Numbered from the whole stretch's first letter, positions 1 to 12,536 are shown. The stretch: 51,688 bases of DNA, filler included, from Dirinaria sp. TL-2023a (GCA_051941275.1; 3 parts of 3 records of this genome joined end to end with filler, not necessarily neighbours in it), one strand, 5' to 3'. The notes: generated by a model from the letters alone, not told the origin. Made by a program: numbers and translations.

Positions 1-154
1 GGTAGGTAGGGAGGTAAGGTATGAGGCGCGAGAGTGAGAGGTATCTCAGAGTAAAAGCAGGCTTAGAATCCTTTTTTATCAATCGTTCCGAAAAAAAAAA
101 CACGCCTCGCTAAATGACAACAAAAATCAAACAAGGGCATATCCCCTGAATTCT

Positions 155-1090
155 TCAATAATAATCCCCTCCATCTCCATCCCCACCATCGTACTCCTCT
201 CCGAAGTCGTCGCCGCCATCATCGAAGTACGCTTCGGCATTATAATCTCCTCCGCCATCATCATCATCCTCAAATTCATCATCCAAATCAAGATTGTCCA
301 TGGCATCTTCCTCATCATTACTAAATTCATGGACCGATTTCTCCGCCTCTTCGGCATCCGCCATCACTTCTTTCTCACCATCCAACTGTTTCCTCCGCGC
401 CGCCGGCTTTAATTTCCTACCATTCTCTGTTCCCCCTGCTAACAAGCCATTATTGTTCGCCTTTGCAGCCTTGCGATCTAGCACGGACCATAATTCCTTG
501 GGAAAGAATTTCAGAACTAGATTTCCCCACACATGTATGAGCCGATCGATCAATCTAGATAATGTGCTTGCTTATTTCCTACGTACCGTATGTCCTGTGA
601 TTCATCATCCTCGGCAGCCGCTGCCTGTTCTTGGTATACTTCTTGCTGTACGTCGGCATCGCCTCGAACGGATCCCGGTTCGCAGCCGCGGTTCTGGCCG
701 CCTTGTCGATGCGCACGTTATGGTCCCCCAGCACCGTGTAGTAAGGGCCTTCATGGACTTTGGAGCGAAAGGCGCGGAAGTGCGCGATTTGCGACTTTTC
801 TCGTCCGGTCAACGGCGTGGGGCTGGGGGGTCTGTAGTCCTTTTCATCGGAATTCAGTGGCTTTGTTCTAAGTCTCCGTGGTAATAATGCTGTGCGAAAA
901 GCGAGTCGTGAGGCTTACTACTTACTGGGAAGAGTGGGGTCGGTTGCGACTGGTTGACGAGTTGGTCCAGGTCTGGATCTGCAGAGACCGCGAGACCGCC
1001 GATTTTGTAGCTACCGTCCGAAAAGCGGCCGCCGTAGCTTTTGCCTGGACGACGTCCTTCGCCCGGGCGTCCTTTGCTCGCTGGTGCCAT
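155..1090 (-). CDS. RPC31: RNA polymerase III subunit Rpc31/C31 (3 exons: 1090-926, 839-587, 516-155; ~259 aa)
   Basis: Three ORF pieces join in frame through GTAAGT..AAG and GTACGT..TAG introns. Motifs PTPLFP, HEGPYYTVL, DPFEAMPTYSKKY, FFPKELW and an acidic C-terminus with DYNAEAYFDDGGDD, as in fungal Rpc31. Confidence 0.88.
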
Positions 1091-1380
1091 TGCTTCACTT
1101 TTTAAATTTGAGTGCTAAGTACTGGTGGTCGAGAAGAGGTGTAGACCCTTGTAGGGCTGAAGCTCTGATATCGGATCCGCTTCGAGCCAAGGACTTTTAC
1201 AACCCTATTTCAACCTGAGAACCCTAAAAACTTTTTGGCACTAGGTCTGAGTTCTTTATTGAGGCATCCTGGAATACGCAATGGTCATACTTATACTTCA
1301 TTGTAACATGAAAATCAATCTACGAGATGAATCAGTAGCCTAGCTGGTGATCACCTAGGCATCTCAGTCTCTTCAAGAAT

Positions 1381-3299
1381 ATGGACGAACCAAGATATGA
1401 AGCTCATCTACATGGATTGCAGAAGCATCTGCAAGACGTTGCTGCAAATCCAAGTACCCCCTTGGATAGATCATTGACGGAAAGCCTTGACAGCTCCTTA
1501 CTGAGTATTTCAAGAATGACTCCATCCATCCGTTTTTGAAGATGTATTGACCATTGTTAGCAGGAATAAGTGACCTCTGGCGAATGACACTCTTGAATCA
1601 ACTGTCAGAGCTCCTTCCAGCTCTGCAACAAGATCCAACCCCTGCAGCTGATCTTGTCGGCGCTTTAATCCGCCCAGAGAGCTTCGATTTCAAGAAGGTA
1701 CTGAGTATACAACCAAAAGTAAACTTTGTCACAGGGCTTTGTGCACCCTCTCCGCCTATAAATATGGTTACTTTAGACCTTCTACGCAAAGCCAGCTCGA
1801 ACAGCAGTGATGTCGGCATCGTCGCTGGTATGCCTGACGTCGTGAAATCTCTGATCAAGATTTGGCTTTGCACGGAAGATGTTGCCGTGCACCAACGAGC
1901 GCACTCGCTACTCGAAGACTTCCTTATCGGGCCGCACGGAAGTGAGCTGATGTGGCGAAGGTTACTAGTCGACAAAGATATCTATGGGTCTATCTTTGAG
2001 ATATGTCGTCCGCTGAGGCTTTTGAAAGATGGTCAGACTGGCTCACGTGACAGAACTATCGCACAAGGGAGACTTCTGGCTTTAGTGGCGAAGGTTGACT
2101 GTCTATCAATCCGAATATCGCAATATCCCGAAATCGAACAGCAGTATGGCGTTGATTGCCTTCTGGACTTTGCAGTCCTTGTCATGGTCGACTATGAGGC
2201 CGACCTCCTCATGCACATGACGCTTATTCAATTTTTCTCTGACTGGTTGTGCGAGAGCTCCAAAGCAGCGTCAACGGCGAACAGTCAATTGCCATCCTCG
2301 GAAGCCATTACATCACCAGCTCTCGATTACTTGATTGGCAAAGGCCTTCACTCTCGTACCATCTCCTACTTTACCCAAGCTTCCAGTCGAGATTCTTTGA
2401 ATGATCGTAATCTGTATTCCCAAGCGGCGGGATATCTTCAGACTTACTTTTCTTACTATCCAGACCACGCTCTTGGCCCAGGCAGAGAGACATTGAAGTC
2501 TGCCTTCGCTCGTATTTCTGATGTCCTTGATCGAACCTCTCCAGGCACTTTCGTCGGCTCACCGCCCTATATTGAATTGGGTGTGCTCGCAAGTGCACCG
2601 CGCGTTGCCCTACTGGCTCGGGACTTCGCATCTCCTTCACTTCTCAAGCTTCCCATCCAGCCTCCTAGTGCTGCCGTATTTACTACTCTCGCAAACCTGT
2701 TCAGCGGTTCCGGCCAGCAGGGAAGTGGGAAGGCAGCGTCAAGAATCCTATATTTCCTGTATCTAAAGCAGCGCTCAGACCTGTGGAGTACTACTATCAA
2801 AGCCGCAGAGACCATCGCTTTAAAGGATGCCGCGGTGGCAGCGGGGCGCCTCGTCTTCTGCCTGGTAACCGCGGATTGGGGCCCTTTCGAAGACCTGCTC
2901 TCCTCAAGCCAGCTGGACGAATCCATGTTCCGGTTACGCAGTGAAGAGTCATTCGCTAATTCAATGGGAGCGCGGGATTTGCCACTAAACGGCTTTCTAG
3001 CGATCCTCACCAGCCCAGCACTTGAGTCAATAATGCCATGGCTCTTACAGCCTGCGCAGAAGTCTAGTAACCTGGGCGTTGGGGGCAAAGGTGACGTAGA
3101 AGGCGCAGCGAATAGCGTTGCGCAGGTCAAGTACGACGCATTGCAGTCTTTACATGGAAGGCTCCAAGAGTACACAATGGCACATGGCACGAACGCGGAA
3201 TGGCAAAGCATTCTGGCTCAGATGGGTAAGAGACTCGCTCAAGGCAGGTGGGGAGGAAGCACTGGCGTTGGAGGCAGAATCGCGACAACCGAACGTTGA
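1381..3299 (+). CDS. Hsm3/S5b-like ARM-repeat proteasome assembly chaperone (exons 1381-1504, 1561-3299; ~620 aa)
   Basis: ATG at 1381 reads MDEPRYEAHLHGLQKHLQDVAANPSTPLD and splices in frame (GTATTT..TTGAC..TAG) onto the 581-aa helical ORF. QDPTP, LMWRRL..DKDIYGSIF, RTIAQGRLL and C-terminal GGRIAT resemble fungal HSM3_N-domain proteins (recognised from memory, not searched). Confidence 0.65.
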
Positions 3300-4221
3300 G
3301 CACAAGAAAATATCGAATTTGCGCACGTTTCTAGCGCCGATATGCGGCAAAGCATCCATGTTCTCACAACGGCACCAAGATCTGACGCATCACAAATCTT
3401 GTCAGCAAATCTTGTCGAGTTCCTCGGTAGCCGTCACGAGAGAAAAAATTATTCCGCCAAAACGTTTTCAATACAGAAGAAAATTCGCCCGTCTGAAAGC
3501 CGCGGCTCTATACAGAGTCAGCCATTGGCAAAAACCTCGGATGATGACAATGTCAGATGGGCACCTAGGAAGCAAGCTATCGGCGCTGTAAGTGTGCAGA
3601 ATGGCTCGCTTGGTTTTCAGCTATATTCATTTCGTGAGGAGATATATGATCATCTGAACAAGCGAGACTCGAAGTTACTCAAGAAGAAGAACAGGGATCG
3701 TGAAGTATGATAACAAAGAAGCATGCAATTCGTTTCTATTGTTCGTCTGGACACTGCTCCTTCTGCAACCTTCAAATCTGCTTGATATGCGGTTGTAACG
3801 TGTGGATATCTGTAGAGCGACTCTGCGAAGTAAGTTGGTTGATAAAGGTTCCACTCACCATACTTTTGTGGTCGCATATCCCTTGCATCGCACCTCATGG
3901 ACTGGAATAAGAAACCTCTTACCGTACCTTATGCAGCTAATCTCTCAACCCTAAGGTAAGGTACCTTACCTTACCTAGCTGTAGCGGCACGGTATCTAGG
4001 GTTGCAGAACCCTTGAACGAACAGGTGCCTTATGCAAGATTTCGGCACGGAATAATGCAGCCCAGCGGACCTTGAAACACTCGAAGTCAGTGAAGCCTTC
4101 GAGTCAAACATGAAGCCTGTTATAACACACTGCTTGAACTATAAACCAGCAAGACCAGTTCTTCTGGCAATATGAGCACCTAGCGTTGTTTTTGTGCTTT
4201 GCCTTCTTAAAATTGTCAAAT

Positions 4222-5581
4222 ATGTCTTCTGCAAACAACAACACGCTTGTTTCCACAAAAGCCTCAGATTCCGGTCTTCAAGCTCACCTCCACCCTTTAG
4301 TTCTACTGACTATTTCAGACCTCATCGCACGACGCACTTTGCGACGACAAGAAGGACCAATTGTAGGGGCTATATTTGGTCAACAGAAAGGAAGGGAGAT
4401 CAGCCTGGAACATGCCTCAGAATGCCAAGTCATTCAGAAGGAGGATGGAACCTCAGTCTTGCACGATGCTTGGTTCAAAGACCGGGTGCAGCAATACCGA
4501 GATGTTCATAAAGCTCCAGCACTTGAGGTTGTAGGTTGGTTCACTACAGCACCGCCTTCCGGGCCAGAGTTCCAGCACCTGGCCATACATCAACAACTGC
4601 TCCTTGATTACAACGAGACGGCTCTCATGCTAGCGTTTCACCCATCCACAGTTCTTGCAGGTGCCCAAGCTGGAGGAAAATTACCTCTGACAATCTACGA
4701 AAGCGTTTACGAAAGTGGCCTTGAAGGCGGCAAAGCTGCTCCAGCAGATGAAGATGGGGATAACAGGATGGAGATTGAAGGGCAGGAGGCACATCTAGAC
4801 CTCAAATTTAGGGAGCTCCCATATACAGTAGAGACAGGCGAGGCGGAAATGATTGGCGTGGATTACATTGCTCGAGGAGCTGGTAATGCAACAGCAATCG
4901 ATGGCACTTCCCAGAGTGTAGGTAAGAATCGATCGTCACAAGCTTCACAAACGCCAGTCGGTACGGTGGATCCGAAGAGATTGGGTAAAACAGACGTCAA
5001 GGCAACAGATGACACGTCAACGCTGTCCGCTGAGGATGATGAACGTAAGTTTGCATAGCAGCGGTGCTGGGAATCTCACTGATATACCATGTGGAACAGT
5101 TATCACCTCTTTAACAGTTCGAATCAACGCTGTCAAGATGCTGCACGCCCGCATCCAGCTACTGAAGACCTATCTTCAGAATCTGCCACCTTCGTACCTG
5201 AACTCGCCCGACCTTCCCAGTACTGATCCGGCAACTCCTTCGGAAAATTACACGGAAATCAACCATCCCATCCTCCGCTCCATTCAAGCCCTGATCAACC
5301 GCCTCGCGCTTCTTACGCCAGCCGATCCTGAATCTTTTGAGCAAGAGTCGTTGGCCGAAAGGAATGACGTCTCCCTTGTTTCTTTGCTTGGAAGTCTCAG
5401 CAACAATGTCAGAGATGCTCGAGAGCTAGGCCGAAAGTTTGGCGTAATAGATCAAGCGCGACAGCATGCGTCAAAGAATCAAAGTTTCGCTAGGTCCGGC
5501 GATCTCTTCGGTGGCCATGGAATTGAAGGCAACACTCCCCCGGGATCAGACATTAACGTCAATGGGACCGGAAATATCTGA
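4222..5581 (+). CDS. CSN6: COP9 signalosome subunit 6, MPN- domain (exons 4222-5044, 5100-5581; ~434 aa)
   Basis: LHPLVLLTISD, GPIVGAIFGQQKGREISLEH, LEVVGWFT, FRELPYTVETGEAEMIGVD and NAVKMLHARIQLL. The GTAAGT..CTGAT..CAG intron joins the two ORFs in frame. Confidence 0.92.
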
Positions 5582-6461
5582 CCAGCATTGATCGGGAGCG
5601 TTCGATTTAGCTATAGTGATGCATACAGCGATGGCAGTCTAAGGAATGCTACATTTACTGGCTGAGCCTCATCTACAGAAGCCAAGACTGGCACGAAAGA
5701 GTATTCCACGCTTCGGATTCCTCACGTTTGCCCAATCATTACTTGCGCAGCTCCGTCTGGTCTTCGTTGACAGGCCCGGTGATCTCGACGGTCCCCCGTC
5801 AATGGTGCATTGGCTTCCGCAACCTCCCACGGAGTTGTTCGCACGCGATCAAGGCCACGTGCATGCATTCATTAGATGCATAGGAAGTTCCTTAGCACAT
5901 CTAGACCATAGAATTGCTGAGGCTCGTGTAGTTCCCTAAGGGGAGGAAATATTATAGACGACGAATTCCACAGCTCGACTAGTACGACCCTCTTATCGTG
6001 GGGGGTTTCAGACTGAACCATTTCAACAAATCTTGAAAGACACCGACCACAAGAACATTCTAGGTTCACAGCGGAATCGTAGCTATTATTGTATGGCACT
6101 AGTTTAGCTGTCTTCATGTGGTGTGGTGTGTACAGTACTTGTACAGCGGATGAAAAATGGTCCGAAAGTGATTAGCCGATAATTCCATAGTGCATAGAAC
6201 TCACGGGCCGCGGGGCGCGGACCCAATCCGACAATGTCAAGCGAAGCCATGGGATTATTGATTTATGCATAGTATACTACATGCACTAAGAGATGATGCA
6301 ACGCCGTCTAACTCTAATGTACGCTAATTTGTTCGGCACCATCTCAAGTATCTTACATTATTACTCTTTTGAGAAAGCATGCAATCCTTCGGGACTGAGC
6401 CATACGATTGTTTTTGCTGTACCTGGGATCATTGAATTTCAGAATAGGCCAAAAACAAACT

Positions 6462-6467
6462 TGACTC
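6462..6467 (+). promoter_or_regulatory. Possible Gcn4/CpcA cross-pathway control element (TGACTC) upstream of MET2
   Basis: TTGACTC about 50 nt before the MET2 ATG. Amino-acid biosynthesis genes are typical CpcA targets, but a single hexamer is weak evidence. Confidence 0.25.
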
Positions 6468-6517
6468 CCCTCTCACGGCACTGTTGAGTGGCTCTCGTGG
6501 CCCTTATTTTGTCTACA

Positions 6518-8185
6518 ATGACCACTGGTCTAGACGGCGCGCTGGATAGCGTAAAAACTCAGTCTCTCCGTCAGTATCTTCTATACCATGGATAATCTTT
6601 AGTGAAGAAGCACTAAATCCCGTAGAGAGAACCTCAGCGCAGCCGGAAAATCCATTTGCTTCATTGATCCCAGATCAGCACATTGCCATTGTGCCCTCGT
6701 TCACACTAGAGTCGGGCCATGTTCTCAAGAACGTACCCGTCGCGTACAGTGTCCGGGGCCAACTGTCTGAGACGGGAGACAACGCCATTGTGATCTGCCA
6801 TGCGCTTTCAGGTAGTGCTGATGTTAGTGATTGGTGGGGTCCTTTACTAGGTGGTCCTGGCCGAGCGTTCGATGTGACTAGATTTTTGGTCATCTGCCTG
6901 AACAGCTTGGGAAGTCCATACGGAACTGCCAGTCCAGTCACCAATGTCAATGGAGACCCACAACTTGGGCAGTATGGACCGGAATTTCCTTTGACGACTA
7001 TACGAGACGACGTTCGGTATGCACACCTATGACTTTTTTTTTTTTTCTCCGTTCCTTTTCATCTCTTTTGGATCATGCTGAACGCTTTTCAGTCTACACA
7101 AGATTGTCCTTGATGATCTTGGAGTCAAGCAGGTTGCCTCTGTTGTCGGTGGGTCTATGGGAGGCATGCTTGCGCTCGAGTATGCGTACTTTGGCCCAGG
7201 CTATGTCCGCACAATCGTACCGATCGCGACTTCTAGTCAGCACAGTGCATGGGGAATCAGTTGGGGAGAAGCGCAACGCCAGAGCATCTATTGCGACCCA
7301 AAGTACCTAGATGGCTATTATCCTGCTGATGATCCACCATCAGCAGGCCTTGGAGCAGCTCGTATGTCAGCACTGCTTACATACCGCAGCAGGGATTCTT
7401 TCGAGTCGAGATTTGGTAGAAACACACCAGATCCCACTAAAAAACAGGCAATCAGTGACTGTCACCATCCATCGACTCCTTCGAATGAGCATTGGGTGGT
7501 CCATAACGAGGGCCATAGGAACGCGGGCCTTTCGCGAACACCTAGTACGATGGGAGAAATATCTCCAACGGCAATAATTAAGCCTGCTCCTTCAACACCA
7601 ACGAATGGGAACGTGACTCAGTTCATGGATCCACAGATGCATGGCACTACGACCTTCCAAGCCCCTAGCGCTGGTCCAGAGCGCAAGCGCGCCACAACGT
7701 ATTTTTCAGCACAGTCCTACTTAAGGTATCAAGGGCAGAAATTTGTCAAGCGCTTTGACAGCAATTGCTATATTGCCATTACAAGGAAGCTTGATACCCA
7801 TGATGTCTCGCGACATCGGGTACCGCCGGACACTCCAAATCCAGTAGCCGTTGCACTTTCACAGATCAAACAGCCTGCACTCGTACTCGGTATCGAGAGT
7901 GATGGCTTATTCACATTCGCAGAACAGCAGGAGATCGCCGCAGCAATACCCAACTCGCGCCTTCGTACGATTGTGAGCTCAGAGGGGCATGACGCGTTTC
8001 TCCTGCAATTTCAACAAGTCAACACATATATTCTGGAGTTCTTTAGGGAGGTCCTGCCAGATATTATGCAGCGGCCCGGAATAACCTTGGATGGGGCTAG
8101 CGGCCCCTCTGGAGAAGATGTGGGCACTATGGCAAAGAGTAGCACATTCGGTGAAGCCGAGGTGGGCGATATCACGGCTTGGTAA
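6518..8185 (+). CDS. MET2: Homoserine O-acetyltransferase (exons 6518-6569, 6626-7016, 7093-8185; ~511 aa)
   Basis: ICHALSGSADVSDWW, FPLTTIRDDVR, nucleophile motif GGSMGG across exon 3, SYLRYQGQKFVKRFD, catalytic Asp (GIESDGLF) and His (GHDAFLL). Both introns preserve frame. Confidence 0.96.
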
Positions 8186-8188
8186 GCT

Positions 8189-8218
8189 TGTAAGCTGCTT
8201 CATTGTAAGCTGCTTCAT
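8189..8218 (+). repeat. 15-nt tandem duplication (TGTAAGCTGCTTCAT)x2 just after the MET2 stop
   Basis: Directly visible: tgtaagctgcttcat-tgtaagctgcttcat. Confidence 0.85.
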
Positions 8219-9220
8219 CAGCTCGTGCACCTGGCATTTGCTTTTTGTAGTAGGTACAGATCTTTTTCCTTATTGGTCTGTGACGAAAGCCACAAAGATT
8301 CAATTGATTGATGGTGTGCAGTGCCCCCCCACCATGGCACTCACACATGGCCTTGGCAGCACTGAGCGTCTGGTGAACATGGGACTCACATCTGGCCATA
8401 GTAGTGTGAGGAAATCGTTTATGCTTTGTTTCTGTGATGTTCAACATCTTCTGTTCCCGAAAGAGTGCCCAGCTCATGTGATCCATCCATGATCCTCTGA
8501 CCTCAATCTTCCCTTAGAAACTAATGTTGTAGGCGCAAATGCCTTTCGACCATTTTCCTCTGCTAGCCTTCGTATTACTATCAGCTTGAGGCGAACAAGG
8601 CTACAAAACGCCGAAGCTAGCAGCTGAGGATAAATGAGCCGAGCTGGGCTCACTAACCGTCTTCTGCTTATGCTCAACCTGCGAAGGTTTTCTGACCTTC
8701 AGGATCTTGTTTCTTAAGCCCACAAGCCAATCCACGAATGGCGCAAGGACATATTGGGAAGGCTGATGCACGCCTGAAGAAACCTTTGGCCCAGAACAAC
8801 TAGCTTCGATCGGAGATTCACGGATCTATGCTAGGTGCGATCCTGAAGGATCATAACCTGCTGTCGAGATGGGATCGATCTCATCTTAGCGCTTCGCGGC
8901 GGCAAAGGTGTTTAATCCTAGGACTGAGTCTGGACGAGTCGCATTCGCGGCATGGTTTTGAACTTGAAATCCTTCCTCGTTATGGTGTGTATGCTCGAAC
9001 ACTTGTGGGGCCGCGGGATGCGAACCCAAAGCCCCATCGGTGTATATAGGTTCTTTGTCACGAGCATAGAGTCTGTTTTCACGCCCAACCTGTCTCACCG
9101 TCAAAAAGCACCGCTGCACCTCGGCGCTCACTTTCCTTTGACATATTCATTCGTCAGGTTCCTGGCCCCACTCAACGTATCACGAGTTCTGATTCACTTT
9201 GAGCCGAAGCTTCCTCCAAT

Positions 9221-11541
9221 ATGGAGTCCAACACCGTCATGAGTGACATATCCCCTGTCGGAAATACTACCACGGATGCTCTGCCCTTAGAAACCGCTCA
9301 AATCCTCAAGACTGTCATGGCGACTGAGACGTCCAAGAACCGCGCAATGATGTTGATGGACAAGGCACGAGCAGAGGCGTCATTTGATTCTCGGCAGCTA
9401 ATGCACTTCCTGTATGGGGGGTAAGTCACCTAAGTCTGCGCTGTCCTGGCGATGTAAATTACGCCAGCAAGGCGTTTCTTCAACCAGCGCTTATGGTGGA
9501 CTACCTACAAGTGGCTCCCATTATCTTATTTCACCTGTTTTTCGTTTACTGCAAGTAGCAGCTTCTGAGCACTGGCTAACCTGTTACTAGAGAAGAAGCC
9601 TCAAACCGGCGTCAAGCAGCCTTCAAGCGCGTAGAAGATGCTCTGGGGCTTTCTGATACGAAAAAGCTTCCACGTCAATACTCGAACCTCAACCGCGAAG
9701 GGCAGTATCTCGATGGGCTACAGTTTGGCAGAGCTATGATGGAAGATGAGATCAAGCATCGTCACGGCGTGTTTGACTATCATACACATCAATTCGCTCT
9801 CATAATATCCTCTCCTTTCGGTCACAATCCCTTAATGTTTGGACCGACACTCAAGCTGCAAACGACGCCTGAGCAGAGGGCTTATTGGATGCCATTGGTC
9901 GAATCCGGTAGAATCGTAGGTACCTACTGCCAAACAGAGCTCGGGCACGGCACATTCCTCCGTGGTCTCGAAACCACAGCCACGTTCGACTCCGAAACCG
10001 ACGAGTTCGTGATCCACTCGCCCACCGTAACCAGCACGAAATACTGGCCCAGCGCTCTCGGCTTCTCGGCCTCTCACGCTGTTGTGATGGCCAAACTCAT
10101 TACCGGAGGCAAGAACTACGGTGTCCACCCCTTCATGGTGCAGCTACGGTCCCTAGAGGATTACAAGACACTTCCAGGTATCGAGACTGGCGATATTGGC
10201 CTCCGAATGGGCTTTAATAGCACGGATATGGGATACGCCACTTTCAACCAGGTCCGCATCCCACGCATGCACATGCTGATGGGTAACGCCCAAGTCCAGA
10301 GGGACGGGACCTACGTCAAGGCCGCTCATGAGAAGCTCTCATACAGTACAATGATCTACACGCGAGACCGCATCATCCACACTGTTGCTTTCCAACTCGC
10401 CCAAGCCGTGGTGATCGCGAGCCGCTACTCCATCGTGCGTGAGCAAGGTGTCGGCTTCGCCACCGATACCGTTCAAGAAATACCCATCATTGCGTACAAA
10501 TCTCAGCAGTACCGCATCCTCTCACTCATGTCGCAGGCGTACGCCCTCGCCTTCGCCGCTAAAACCTGCACATCCATCTATCAAGACGTCGTCCACCGGC
10601 AGACCAAAGGCGACCATAGTACTCTCCCCTACGGACACGCCATCACAGCCGCCTTGAAAGCCTACGCTACTCAAGTAGCTTTTGATGGCGCTGAAGACGC
10701 ACGCAAGTGTTGCGGTGGGTACGGCTTCTCCGTGTTGTCCGGCTTCCCTGCCATCGTGGGCACCTTGGCCCCTATGCCGACCCTCGAGGGCGAAAACTAC
10801 GTCATGTACCAGCAAACCGCGCGGTACCTCCTCAAAGCCGCTACAGCAATCAAAGAAGGCCGGCCTTCCGCCGTCGACAAAGGCGCGCGCTACCTCTCTG
10901 ATCCTACGCAAACCCGATGCCCCTTCAGCGGGAAAGAAGACTTCCTCAACCCCGCGAACCAAGTCCAAATCTACCGCCACCGCGCCGCAAGACTAACCTT
11001 CCACGCCTACTCCCTGGTCGAAAAAGCGCAGAAAGAAGACCTGCTCCCCTACGCAGAGGCCTGGAACAAGCACATGCTCCCCCTCGTGTACGCAGCGCGC
11101 GCGCACATCGAGCTCTTCGTGCTCGAATCCTTCACCGCCCAAATCTCACTCTGCACCGACACTTCTGGATCAAACCCCGTGCTCGAAAACCTGCGCTCGC
11201 TGTTCGCGCTCACGGCCATCGAAAACCCGGCTTCCCCAGGCGCCATGGGCTTTGTCGAGGACGGCTACATCGCGCACCCCCAGCTCCAGACCATCCGAGC
11301 CGTCGTCCACCACGATCTCCTCGCCAAACTCACGCCGGAGATCATAGCCCTGGGCGATGCGTGGGGGTTCAGCGATGCGAGTCTGGGTAGTGCCCTTGGT
11401 CGTAGGGATGGGGATGTGTATACCACGCTTATGGAGTGGACGAGGCAGTTGCCGCTCAATGTCCAGGCGAGAGCGGAGGGCGGCATGCATAGGCGTGGCT
11501 ACGAGGGCGTGATTGGTCCTATGCTTAGGAGTAGGCTGTAA
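9221..11541 (+). CDS. Peroxisomal acyl-CoA oxidase (exons 9221-9420, 9591-11541; ~716 aa), C-terminal PTS1 -SRL
   Basis: GTYCQTELGHGT, LETTATFD, TSTKYWP, GVHPFMVQLR, RKCCGGYGF and TLEGENYVM (catalytic Glu). The GTAAGT..GCTAAC..TAG intron restores the N-terminal MDKARAEASFD. The protein ends in SRL. Confidence 0.93.
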
Positions 11542-11617
11542 GTACAGTATGTGGGGTGGTTGTGGTGGGGTCTGTAAAGGCGGTATCTGGGATACTACCT
11601 TACCTCCAGTAACCCTC

Positions 11618-12370
11618 CTTTGTCTTTTTTTTTTTTCTTTCTTTTTTTTCTTCTGTACTAGAGGGACAGGATTCCAGCATATGTTAAAAAGTATCCTTTT
11701 TGGGAAGAAGGGGAGGGGGCGTTTACGGAGTTTTGGCGCTGTACGGCTATTCTTACATATCCATACATACATACATACATACACGGGTTGTTGATGATAC
11801 ATGGAGGTTTACATAGGTACATAGGTAGGTAGGTAGCAAAGGGAATAAATCTGTTTTGAAGTATGTGTCTCTCGCTTTTTTTTTTTTTTTTTTTTTTTTT
11901 GGATTTACTTGATATAGGCAAGGCAGGTTCTGGTAACACAAAAAAGATCGATAGCCTATAGGAAAAGAAAAAGAAAAAAGAGATTTTTGAAATTTTGCGA
12001 GAATATGCTGCGTTTTCTTTTTTTCACACCTGGGGATAGAGTCTCATTGTACTGACGTGGATGTGTGATGATGATGATGCTCCTGCTTTTTGGGATTTTG
12101 TGGGATTACTTGATTTGACTTTACTTGCTTGCTTGGTACATTATCTATTATCTATTTCGATCGGGAATAAGGTAAGGGTTAAGTAAGGTACGCTACCTAC
12201 TGTACTTTACTTGCACAGATGCGTGTAGGGAGGTATGGAGGTATGGAATGTAGGTAGGATGTATGCTTATTCTTTTTTCTGCCTTGCTTAGCTTACACTA
12301 GGTAGTTTTGTGATAGTGATTCGATTCATCGTCACCTTTACAGAAAAAAAAGAAATTTTTTTTTTTTTTA
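11618..12370. repeat. Low-complexity tract between convergent genes: poly-T (25 T at 11876-11900), (CATA)n, (TAGG)n, (GAT)n, poly-A
   Basis: Directly visible homopolymers and microsatellites. Confidence 0.85.
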
Positions 12371-12536
12371 GTTCAAATTTGCATTTAGTCAGAAGAGATG
12401 ATATGGATCGATGCGATCTCCTGAGCGTCGAGGAAATGGAGAGTGCAATGATGAGTTGAAAACGAATCTTGAGTGAGTGGAGAAGTGTGTTGTAATTGAG
12501 GGCGTTTTCTGAATAATTTACAGACAGATGGCCAAC

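Noticed and set aside
294..884. 196-aa plus-strand ORF and similar long antisense ORFs (2567-3211, 10522-10980, 47000-47671, 50343-51020)
   Set aside because: Shadows of well-supported genes on the opposite strand, with no independent motifs.
8180..8250. TG|GTAAGC donor overlapping the MET2 stop
   Set aside because: No branch point before the candidate acceptors, and DITAW is a normal C-terminus for this family.
9421..9590. Long acyl-CoA oxidase intron with CTGGCG..CGCCAG hairpin as a snoRNA or TPP riboswitch
   Set aside because: No C box (RTGATGA) paired with the CTGA and no TPP aptamer core. A 6-bp stem is expected by chance.
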